64,000 nucleotides of DNA from Magallana gigas (Eukaryota): assembly GCF_963853765.1 (NCBI RefSeq), contig NC_088858.1, positions 46,934,001 to 46,998,000 of the forward strand, in the 5' to 3' direction. Below are positions 12,082 through 25,100 of the stretch, in pieces. A model generated the notes under the pieces. It ran no database searches. It was not told the DNA's origin and saw nothing but the letters and a program-made list of their open reading frames with translations. The stretch's first letter is position 1; each line of letters begins with the position of its first letter. The position numbers were made by a program, and so were the translations under genes.

Positions 12082-15000
12082 GTCCGTTGTCTGTCGTTGT
12101 CGTTGTCGTCTTTGTAAACTTTTCACATTTTTATCTTCTTCTCAAGAACCACTGGGCAGATTTCAACCAAATTTGGCACAAAGCACAAAATTTTTAAAAA
12201 TCTTCTTCTCAAAAACTATTAGGCCAGGAAAGCTCAAATTTGAGTAGAAGCATCCTCAGATAGTGTAGATTCAAGTTTGTTCAAATCATGGTCCCCGGAG
12301 GTAGGGTGGGGCCACAATTGGGGGATCAAGTTTTACATAGGAATATATGCAGAAAATCTTTAAAAATATTCTGGGAAAGTTTTCGGTCCAAAACTCAGTA
12401 CTTTGTGTGAAAGCACAGGTTATGCAGATTTATGTTTGATGAAACCATGATTCCCTAGAGAAAAGTGGGGCCACGAAATGGGAGGGGGGGGGGGGTATAT
12501 AGGAATAGAGAAAAATCTTCTTACAGTTACAACAACAAAAGGGGCTTGGTATTTACCAAAAAATAAGAGGTGGATAAAATTGGCAGATTTTCAATTTTTT
12601 TTAGCAAGATCTACTGTACTCAGTTGTCAGGATATTTTGATACTGTAATGCTAATTTGATCAGAATTAAGGCAATTGTTGCTCAGGTGAGCGATGTGGCC
12701 CCTGTGCCTCTTGTTTTCAACCCTACAATTAGAAATGAACTGCTGTTGAAGTTTAATTGATATTTTATTCTAAATAATATATTTTTAAGACTTTTGAGAT
12801 ACTGACTTTGAAGCAGAAATGGCCAGATATATGCCATTTGTACATGAAACGGTGGATTTCCATCTAAATCCTCTTAGTTTTGAAAAAACAACTTCCGGTA
12901 ATATCAGTACTTTGATTATTTCTTTGATACTCAGATGAGAATACAGAGAGTGGATTCCCAATGCAGATCCTGCAGCTGCTGAACCTCCGTTACCTGAACC
13001 TGTCCTACCATGGGCTGGTTCACATCCCTGAAAGCATCTCCCTCCTCTCCAGCCTCCAGCACCTGGTGGTCAGCTACAACCCCCACCTCCTCAACATTGC
13101 TGCTGAGGCCGGCAGTCTGCCGCTGATGTGTAAGTGGTACCAGGATGAATAGTCTGCTCTGGTTATGTTTTTTGTTTCTTGCTCAAATCTTTCATTTATA
13201 GCTGTGCTTGTGAGATACTAAAAACATTATTCATTTAGCTGTGTATCTATTCAGTGTTTTCAACCGAAAGTAGTTTATGCAAAATCAAGTACATTGCCCA
13301 ATGACAGGCTTACATATGTATATGTTCATTTATATGAATAAATAGGTACATTCTGAAATACACTTATTTAAACCCATGCCAAATATCATACATGTTTACA
13401 GTAAAGATATCTTCATTCTTGAACATTTATAGAAACATAAAATACTAAATATTCTAAATTTATATAAATAATGATATGAGACATTGGAATTTTTTTTTTT
13501 ATTTCTAATTAAGCTTTAGAGATGGCAGAATGCCCAATTTTGAAAACTCCGCCCAAGGAGATTCGTAGCCAGGGCTTCACGGCAAGCTACGGTTATCTGA
13601 GGCGTCTGTTGTCTGGTTCTGTGGAGTGTAAGAGAACCAAATTAATGCTAGTCGGCCTAGGTGAAGCAGGGAAAACAAGGTGGGTCTCCTGGAATAGCTA
13701 TCATAAATGCATACAATATCAAATGCCTGATTTTTTGTTTAAACTTGTAATGATATGATATATGCACGTAAAAAAAGCTCTAGATGTACATGTAGATCTT
13801 GAATATTTTAGATCATTTGGAGTTTTTGTTGATCCAGTAATCAGATTTATATAGCAGTAGGATACATTTTATGAATGTTACATTATTGTTCTATCATTGT
13901 GTCTTGAAGCTTGGCAAGAGCTCTTCAATCTGATGATCTCAAATCCAGCCTTACTGGGCATGAAAGCATCACAGATGGTAGGTATCAATAATCATGAATG
14001 TACTTATGTGGTTAAACTATATAGTGGTAAAAATGAAAACATTTGATATTTTAATTTTTAACAAAATAAAGTTTTACAAAACAATATTAATATTAATATG
14101 AGTAGATAAACTACGCCCTGACTCTCTTTTGAGATTCAGGGTAACTTTGTAATTAAGCAGTAGAGTAATATTTATCTTGTGTGTGATATGTAGAATATAA
14201 AATAAATAATGACATACCAGACTTTATTTACTGTCATACTGTTAAAAGGACATGGAAATTCTTGAGTAATAGTTAATATGATTTATGGATAACTGAATTG
14301 TTTTAGAAGTTAACTTAATTAATGTCCATTTTCATTTAAGCTTGTCAAGTCCATAGTCCATATGCATGTACATGTATTTCATTGTTCCAGGTATTGACAT
14401 TTGTACCTGGAAAACCTCCAGGGATGGAGAGGAGATTTCCTACAGTATCTGGGATTTCGCTGGACAGACCGTGTACTACAACACCCACCATGTAAGTCAT
14501 GTGTATACTTCCCTTCATAGTGGTCCTAAGCTCTATATAATTATCTTCTTCTTTTTTTATAAAGATTTACTTTATAACTCATATGATTTAATATAATTAT
14601 TGCAGTTTTTCCTGTAAACTTGGCTGTATATAGCTCACACATGTAATTTCATATATTTCAGTTTTCCCTCTCAGATTCACTGTATATAGCTCACACATGT
14701 AACTTCATATATTGCAGTTTTTCCTGTCCAACAGAGCTGTATACTTCCTCGTCTGGAATGTTAGACTCGGTCACGAGCATGCTGGACTTAAATTCTGGCT
14801 CAGCTCAATTTCTGTCCATGCTCCAAAAGCTCCAGTTCTCATTGTGGGAACCCATATTGATCAGGTAGAATCATTATCAATTAAAATTTACATTCCACAT
14901 ATTTTTTGCATGTAAAGTGTCTGGAAACTACTGTATGACACCGTAACACTCACGGGTAGAGAAAGCTTAAAATGTTGAGTTTTATTATGACGTTACAAAC

Positions 15001-16113
15001 ATTGCACACTGTAAAATGCAACATCACAAGCGAAAATCAAAGTACACACGTGGCTGTTACAATGCCTCTTCTATTTATATATGAACTTACCCATAGGATA
15101 AAATAGGCTTTTTAAGGTATAAATCACATTTGCAGAGAATGCAAGAAATAAAAAAAAATGTAAATAAAATTAAATCATTATGTTTTGAAAGGTATAGTGA
15201 ACTGTGTCATAACTGCATACAAATTTTCATAACACGTATACGCGTGTTACTCAATTTGTATGCACACACTGCTGCAGTTATGAGACTATATCTTTAAAAA
15301 AATAAAGATTCAGTGCTTAATTGAATTAATATTTGTGTGATTATAGAGATCATGTCCATAACCAGATATTTGTGAACAGTTCTTAATACATGTATTGGTA
15401 TAAAGAAGTCAGATACGGATTAGGGCTTAATTTTTCTAACAAAGGCGATAGAATAGTAAATTTTTTCAGTGTTACAGTGCTTCAAGTTCAAGATTGCAGT
15501 GGAAGGTTGTTAAATTGTTATAAGTTTTGTGGGTATATATCACCCCCAGTTTTTCATCCCTAAGATTTTAAGCACAGCCTTTGTTTTGTATACATGCAGT
15601 GTACAAGTAAATCACTGAAATAATATCTTCACCAACTTAAAAAATATTTAAATGATTCCATTATGATGCTTTAGGTTAAAATTCAAGATGTTACTATGCA
15701 TTAAAAAAAATTATTAATCTAGTGTCTAAAAGTATTGTGTTATTTCTCACACCTGTTTAATTTTGTCCCGTTCTTTATTATGCATTGACTTCTGGAAAAC
15801 TGCAAGACATGCTGTCTTTAAAAGCAACTGGGTTGGGTCAAATTAAAAGCAAAATCTCTGACAACTTGGGTAAAAATAATATTGAGCACAAACAATCCTG
15901 TCTAATTAAATTGTAAATTGTAGTGAATGTGGTATTGATGAAAGCATTTTTGTTTTTAAAAAAAAATTTATTCAACCTATGAATGAATTGTTATTATACA
16001 GGTGTCCAAGGTTGAGCTACCGATGGAGGAACTTAAGGCATCATTCAGTCAGATCGAAGGGTTCTACTTTGTCAGTTCTCTTACTGGACAGGTGTGTATT
16101 TATAGATTAAAGA

Positions 16114-16167
<54 letters not shown>

Positions 16168-19100
16168 TCTGTATTTATGTACATGAACAAATGTATTCTG
16201 TTTACCTTGCATAGAAAAGAGGAAGACATGTAGTTTCTCATCTAATTTTAAATTATATAAGCCATATCCTATTGAAACAATAGTAAATGATACCATGAAT
16301 GATACCCATGTTATTGGCCAGAACACAATGTGTTATTATTATACTATAGGGTAAATTTTTGTCTCAGAAACAAGTGCCTGTGCTATTGGCCCTATATTTT
16401 ATAGATTGAAATAGAAAGAGACAATTCATCTATTATTTAATCCTTATCAGTCTTGAATAAAATGAAATCCATTTAAAATCCATTTTTCTTCCATTTTTTT
16501 TCTGACCATTTTTCCCCCATTACTTGGATTTACACCAGAAATGCTGTACAGAATCAATAGCATTTCTAACCATTTATTTTACCATTTTCATTTAAAACCA
16601 TTGAAACACCATTTAAAACCCATTGAAACACCTTTTTTCCGGGGCAGTTAATATGCAAATTAACCATTTCCTAGCCATTTTAAACCTTAGAGAAAAAATG
16701 AAAAGAAATGGTGTTTTAACAAATGCATTTAATATCCATTTTAAAACATTAAATTACACAATATAGAAATGATTCTAGATAAAATGTTGGATCCTCCCAG
16801 GAAATGTTCAGAAACATGCTCAATACATACATTAAATCGTCTGTGCATTTAATCACTTGCTCACTAAAACAGTTGCCCTTTCTCCTATGAAAACACTTAT
16901 TTTCAGTTTTGTTTTGAATGAGATTAGTTTGGGACTTTGAGTTCAAGTTCTCCACATTCATTTTCGTTGTCCATGCATGCTTGTACTCTGAAAGAAATGA
17001 AAAATGTTACAGATATATATCGATGTAATACAAATTTTCTTTAAGTGTATATTCTATGTTTGCATTTAACTCTAGCTCCTTAATAGAATGAATATCCAAA
17101 GATGGTGTTAATTCATTTGGTGCCTCAAAAATATTCATCAACTTATAACTACATGTATGTCAGATGTCGGTAACAATTTGTTAAATAGAAAAAATATCAT
17201 TTTATCACCCATGTATCAAGAAAAATTTTCAAGGAGGAAGGGGATTGATTGATTATTATGTTGCCAGGGTTGTCCCAATGCAAATTAATAAAAGAAAAAT
17301 AATAATGTTTTATATGAATTTAATAAATTTCAGTTTTCCCAAAGTTCACTCCCCCCTTGATCCGCACAGGTATTTGATCTATATATAACGGGACATTTCG
17401 ACCTGAGCTGGGATGGATCACTGCTTTGACTTGTTTACTTTTACATAAATAAATCCTACATCAATCAAAGTGTGATTTTAATAATTGATCTCATTATAAT
17501 GGTAATATGTTGTCATTCCGCTGTTAAATACAAAAACTTTAAATAACTAAGGTAAACAGGAAATACGATATATGATGCGCGCACATTAGAAAATTCAAAA
17601 ATTTAGGGGGGAAGAGATCATCTTGAAAATAATAAAAGGTTTCATTTTAAATTATATACTAAAATATTTCTAAAGAAACAATAAATATCTTAAACTTACT
17701 GCCAGATGAGAACAATAAAAACCTGTCATGTCATTGTCATTCATTACAATCTTCTTTATGTATGTGATTTTTAAAAAAAGTTTTGGACCTTAACAAAAAA
17801 CGAATTGCTTATTGCTGGTAGGTTTGGTAATATGACTGTCTACAAAAATTTGTTGGGTTGTTAATATCCATAGATGCTTTGGCTTGCCCTACCTTCTATG
17901 ACTGTAGTCTTTGACTTTTGGTATGTTGCAATATGCTGTGATCTTTGAAGGGTCTTGATGATCTGAAGAATAACCTGATTACTTTGACCTTGACCCAGGG
18001 ATACATGGGGGAGTCTATTCCAATGGCCTGGCTGGAGTTGGAGGAAATCATTAAGAAGTAACAAGATACATTAACTTTTCATATATGTACCTCATTTCGA
18101 TTGTAAATTTTTTTGCTTATCAATCAAAACTTATCTATCATGTTTAGATTGAGATCTCTAAGATCATAAGCAGAAATGAAGCTGCCTATATAATGCTCAT
18201 TGTATGTATAATGTATAAAATTAAGGTTTTGTACACTTTAAAAACAAGTTAAAGTAAAATGACTAATTATACCCCCGCTCCGAAGGAGAGGGGGTATACT
18301 GTTTTACCCTTGTGTGTCTGTCTGTCTGTCTGTCCGTCCGTCTGTTTGTCCGTCCGTAACAAAAATTTCTGTCGCATTTATCTCAGCAACTGTTTATCGC
18401 AGATGCTTGAAATTTTAACACAGTATTTGTATAGGCATGCCATATCGTGGGATATATTTTTGTACCAATCAGACGTCAACTTCCTGTTAAATGACGACTT
18501 TGTTTATTTTTAGCAAAAATTTTCAAACAAATTTCCGTCAAAGAATTCTCAGCAACTATTTATCGCAGATGCTTGAAATGTTTACACAGTATTTGTATAG
18601 GCATGCTATATCGTGGGATATATTTTTGTACCAATCAGACGTCAACTTCCTGTTAAATGACGACTTTGTTTATTTTTTGCCAAAATTTTCAAACAAATTT
18701 CCATCAAAGAATTCTCAGCAACTATTTATCGCAGATGCTTGAAATTTTAACACACTATTTGTTTAGGCATGCCATATTGTGGGATATATTTCTGTACCAA
18801 TCGGATGCCAGCTTTCTGTTAAATGTCAACTTTGCTTTTTTTGCATATTCACATCAGAGTGGGGGTATCACTAGTGAGCATTGGCTCACAGATATCTTGT
18901 TCAAGATCATTAATCAAATATTGATTTTTTTTTAGAGAATGTATTCTAATCTAGATCATACATGTATTTTTCAGGCTTAAAACAAAAACAAAGATGGATA
19001 CCATAGAGTATAGTCAGCTTTTTAAGCGAGCTGGTGTGGCAGGCATCGTGAACGAGAAAGAGGTTAGTTCATTATCTGCCAGTGGGTAGATGCGAGGATA

Positions 19101-22100
19101 GATGTGGGTGGTATTTGACCAGTAATAAACATATCAGTTTAATAAGAGAATAAAGCTAGGGTTCATACAGGTCCATCAGAAATTATGGTTTATAAAGGTT
19201 GACTAGATGCATATTTAATGCATTTCAAAAGAGGTAGTTTTATAGTTAGAAAAAAAGATGCAAAACTTAAAATAAAAAATTAAAAAATTGACTGAATGAT
19301 TCAAATATTTTAAAATGTATTATTTTCCCAATTTCATTTTGGTATATCACCTGATAATTTGTTTTGATTAACTTTTCATTCGATTTCCCCAAGTCCCTAA
19401 TATGAATGAGGAAAGATCCTTAATATTGAATAATATACTAAGATAATTTTATCATGCTACCGTTTCAGTTTGCGGAGGCAGTTGCCTTTCTACATGACCT
19501 GGGATCTCTGCAGCACTTTAGCGGTAACGAGTACCTCCATTCCAAAGTGGTGGTCAACCCTCAGTGGATTGTGGATGTCATGGCATGTGTCGTGTCCGTC
19601 AAGGAGAGCCCGATCAAGGTCTGAGTCTGAAACTCTGAAATAAGCTTATATTTAGAAACTCAAAATTGGTTACCGGTAAATATGATAATGGTGGTCTCGT
19701 TAAGATAATGCCTGGTCTCTGTGAGGTCTTTAACCTTTGATTACCTACAATGTATGTTTTAGGCTTAGTGTTGTTCAACATTACCATTATTGAGACAAAT
19801 TGATGATGAACATGACACCATTATTAAAGCAAATGGTTGATAAACATGGCCATATTGAGGCAAATATTACATAACCATGGCCATTATTAAAGCTTGTTCA
19901 TTATAAACACTGCCGTTATTGAGGCATACGTGTAGGTTCATAATCATGGCACTTATTGAGGCTTAGTGTTTATTAACACATCTTTGTTTTCACTTTAGAA
20001 TGGAAGACTCAAACACGAGGATGCAAAGAAAGTCTGGAAAGATTACCCAGAATCCTTGCATCAATGGCTGTTACGGTTGACTGAAGAGTTTGACTTGACT
20101 TTCTGTATTCCTCAAGAAGAGGGTTCTAAAGAAAGAGTGAATCTAGTTCCATGTCTCCTTCCTGAGAGTAAACCGAAGGTAAGAACTTTGCAAATTTATC
20201 AAATAAAGAGTGTAATTACAAATATCAAAATTTAAGATATTCTCATGTTTTTATGAACATCTGCAGTCCATGTTCACTAGAATACATGTGCATGTGTGAT
20301 TAAGGGTTGAGAAGGTTGAATATAATTTATGATCTGTTTAAACAGTTTGAGTGGCCAGAACCAGATAAAAAGAATGGAGTGACTGAGACAAAGATGGTGT
20401 ACATGTTTGACTATCTGCCAGCGGGACTCTTCAACAGGGGACAGGTAAGATGGAAACTTTCTGTCAGAGAGAATTGTAATTAGCTGAATCAATCAGGGGA
20501 ACTCCTTATAGCTTGCTTTGAAGATGAGAAAGAACTTTTTGATTTGTCAAAAGTTGTAAACTTTCTGTAAACCAACTTAATTTATATGCCTGCAAGAAAT
20601 TTTTGTGAGGTTTGCTAGAGTCTTAATGTCACAAATATTTATTGCTGTGTTTTAGTGTTGTATGAATTAAACTGTAGTGTGATATACTTTCGAGTATTTG
20701 TATTATAGTTTACTTTACACTTTTTGTGGTTTACCTAACACTAAAATGTGGTGTACTTTACACTGACTTTAATGCAGTATACATTTTACTGTAGTGAGGT
20801 ATACTTTACATTATTTGTATTAATTGTTTTATATATTTTTTACTGCAGTATGGTACACTTAGAACTTAGCGGCTGTATATGTTATACTTACTTTACATGT
20901 TAGTGTAGTATACTTTACTCTATTTGTAGTGAATTTAATTTACACTTTAGTGTGGTATATTACTTTACACTATAGTGGGGTTTTATAGTGTTTGTTGTGT
21001 GGTATACTGAACACAATGTATAGAGCCCCACCCCCCACCCCCCAACTAAAAAAAAGATGTACAATTTGGTTTGTATGGTATTTGAATTATGGTGAGATGC
21101 TGTAGAATCTTTTAAAACCTGTTTCTTGTTTCAGGTGAGACTTCAGGAATACTCAGACTATTACATTATATGGAAAAAAGGATCATTCTTGAAGAAGGAT
21201 GGACAAATTGCTTTACTGCAGCAAACCAAGTGAGTTCAGTCATAAACATATCATCTTCTGTTTTAAAGTCCTACAGAAACTATAAATTTTTTATATGAGG
21301 TGACTGTAATTTTGTAGAGCTAACATTATTTCAGCATTACAGTTATTATTTCTAGGATATGTTGGGGGTTGTTGTCTTGATATAACTTCAGGTTGTATTG
21401 CAAATTTTAAAGAAGCACAGATGTTCAGTCTGCTGCATTTGTGAGGATCTGGGTTCAAAACCCAGCAGAGGCAATAAGTGTGTTTGTTACACAAATTTTA
21501 AGGTCTATTTTGCTGCATTATCTGTATAGTCCTACTCAACAAGCTTCCCTTTGATTTCAGAGATACCCAGATGGTAGTCAACGTTCAGGGTAAAAATCCG
21601 GAGATTGTCCTGTTCCACATCCACGAGGTGTTCGAGAGTCTGATCCTAGAGGCATACCAGGGGGTGAAGTATGACTTCACCATCCCCTGCCCCGACTGTC
21701 TCAAGCACTCGGCCAAGGACCCCCACATGTTCCTCTCCTCAACCATACGTAGGGCCATAGAGCTGAAGGCACCGTTCCTACAGTGCATGGCCTACTTCCA
21801 TACAATCTCTGTAGTGGACTTGCAGTGTAAGTGAATGCTTTGTCATCATTATCTCTCGTACAAATAACCAGGCTCCAATGACTCTGTTAGTGTATTATAT
21901 TGTATAATTCTGCTTTCAGCCATCATGCCCCCAACCAGTAACAACGATTTTGACGTCCACATCCAGAAGGCAGTCAGTGGGCTACAGGACTTAAGACGCA
22001 ACATGAAAATAGGTCAGGACGATTTATTTTAGGGGGTGGGGTTGTCTTAATTTACAGCAACTAAAGTTTACCCTTTCCAATTGAGGATCTAAACCCATCA

Positions 22101-25100
22101 CATAGATATGCCTATCCTAAATTTAAATCCTGCAACAATAATTATACATTAACAGTGTTTTAATTAACAAAATGAGATTTCTGTTTTTAAACACTCCCTG
22201 TGGTTTGCCTTTTAGTCAGAATTTTACACATTATAAAGGATCTTCAGTCATTGGGAGCATTCTGTAAAGGAGCATGCATTTGACAATCATAATTTTCATA
22301 CAAGATAAAACAAAAGAAGAGTAAAAAGTTTATTAAGGAACAGGTTGTCAATGAGGCTGTTTATTTAAATTCTGCATACAGTACTGTGATACCATGCAGT
22401 TATTACAACACAGATGATGTCACACTGTACTTGTGTTGAGCATTTGAATATACAATGTACTTGCTCTTTTCAATAGCTGTGCTATTGCTTTGATGTGTAT
22501 TTCATTTCAATCAAACTCTAGAACACAACATTAAGTTCACAGCAAGTTTTATTAACTTTAAGTACATTTACAGTAAAAAATATAAAAAGTTATATGGAAA
22601 AATATAATTCTTATGAAAAAGTATGTAATATCAGCAAAACTGTATACAGTGAGTAGATATTAAAATCAATAACACAATATTTGCAGGTTTGTGAGCAGAA
22701 AGCCTATAACTTTTTGTACTAAAGATTAACTAATATCACTATAGGAATATCAATGTTAAATTTGCATTTGGGTGTTGATATCAGGTTTCCTGTAAATGGT
22801 GTAAAGACAGGGATATTGATATCTCTTAATGGTCCTCGATGCTCACACTTGGTAAAAGTTCTGCATACAAACCCGAACTCCTTAATTACTTAAAGATATG
22901 GATTTCTATCATGTCTTTGACATGAAAAGGACAGAAAAAATTCAATTGTTGGTTAAAACATAAGTTTTTTAAATTGTACAACTATTCATAAAAATAAAAG
23001 TCCTTGCGGTATTCGAACTTGGGACCTTCAGATTGGTAGATTGAAGCTACACCCATTGCGCCACCGAGATAGACAACAAAGGATTTTGGCAATATAAACT
23101 GTTTCACAATCTATTCAAATCGCCATGTTGTGATGTACTGTCATTAAAAGTAGAAGTCAGAGGGTGTGGAGAATCCTTAAGAAGGCTCGAAGGTCCTGGC
23201 CATTTTTAGACTGTATAAATCTCTGTTATAAGAATAGTTCTCTATAAATGAATATTGGAAAACACCCAAATTTAAATGGTAAAATATATATGATTTCTTC
23301 TTTCTAAGTACATGTAATAGTTTATAGCAAAACAAATGATATCTTAAATTAAGTTGTAGGTAAATCTGATGGTTAATTTGCTGACCATCCGACCTCCTTT
23401 CATTGTAAGCACATTGTAGTTGTCCTGGTGTTGTCATCAGCTATTCTACTGTACAACAGAATATGTATGTTAATGTTATATAGTTGCTATCAAGTACGGT
23501 ATATTTTGTGATTTTCGTGATGATCTAATTTTTTCCTTTTTTTTTTGTGATCACTTTTAAATCACAAATTTTTCAATACGCAGAAAGTTTTTCCTGTATT
23601 TTTTGCTTTAAGAAACTTTAAAAATCGCAAAAAATGACTGATGCAAATAAAAAAATTGAAACATTTCCCCATTTTCGCAAATTTTGTGATATGTGGAAAA
23701 AACCCTGGATATATTGTGCATAGTATGTTATGGTCATCATGAGTGTTGATATTTATTGTTTTGTACATAAAATTTTACTAAATATTTATGCTATTGATAT
23801 CTTAATTTCAGATGTCAGTTATTTTAATGGCTTTTATATAAATTAATTTGCACATAGTAAGTTATACAGCATGATATGCTTTCTCCACTGTATATTGAGG
23901 TCATCATACACTAGTTTACCAAAACTTTCTTCAACTGAGCCCACCCCTGGCTTCCCAGGTACAAACTCAGGGGAGGGTATATTGTAGAGAGGCTGAACAT
24001 GCTCTCTTGGCCTGTTCATGTCATTTTCTGCAAATCTGTACAGTCGAATTAGCTCCTTGCCATGATAATTTTCTGCTTTCTTTGTATACTTTTTCATTTT
24101 GGCCACAAAGTCCTGACAGATTTTTTGATACCATGCTTCAAATTTCTCTTGATATCCTGCAATAAGACTACGGTTCTCTTCTACTTCCTCGTGTATCCGG
24201 GCTTTGACTTTGTCCACAAGTTCAGACTGAATGAATTGGTCCTCAATTAAACACTCCTCCAAAAGGTGACATTCTTCAAAAGTCAACCCCTCAAGGGTAA
24301 GCTTTCCTTTTTTGTACAGATCCAGCATACACATCATCTCCTCTTTCTTACTGCGGGAGAAACAAGGTCGTGGGTCATTCGTGTTCAGGTTTTTACCGCA
24401 CATGTCACACACCATCTTTTGACAGAAATCACAGTAGAGGGTCGTGAAGCTGTCACTGTGTATAGGGCACTGAAGAATCCCAGTGTGTGACTCCCACAAC
24501 TTCAAACTGATTGGATGATGCTTGGCACTGACCTTTGCCCTCAAATGGTGGTGCTTGCACACACTACACATGTCTTTGTTACATTCCACACAGTGATTAT
24601 CCACTTTCTCATATTTTTTACACAAATCACATATGTCTCCTTTATTTACACCACCACTAATAGCAGACATCTGGCTGGGGCTTTTCATTAATAGTGCTGT
24701 CTTTGTGTGTTCTTGGAGTAAGCCATGGCTCTGAGCCTGATGTTCATAGCAACAGTCTGTCATCCCCAAGGTCATAAGGAACCTCATAGAAACTTCAGCT
24801 ATCTTTGAAAAGACTGCAACAAAATTGGCAGAAATAAATAAAATGTAATACAACTTAATTACTATGCTTTTTTAATCTTCAAGACATGTTCAGCTTTTAA
24901 TTCACACATTTGTATTTATACATGTATATGTAATGTCCAATGTTTTATTTAATCTGAGCTGTATTGGCTGAAGGCTTTAACTTTTGTTGCATGCTTGATG
25001 TATATAATATGAACAAACAAAACTTATTAGCTTGATTGGATACTAGACTCATTTCCTTATTTCCCAGGTACAGGTACATAGCTATATAGCTTTATCAAAT

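Noticed and set aside
12023-12247. 74-aa ORF containing CRCRCR
   Set aside because: Translation of the Helentron 5' arm and its (GTC)n microsatellite.
16081-16326. 81-aa ORF with a poly-SL tract
   Set aside because: Produced by the (GA)n microsatellite.
18259-18935. Three similar ~85-aa ORFs (YLSQMLE...DIFLYQSD)
   Set aside because: Translations of the 166-bp satellite monomers in a non-autonomous Helentron.
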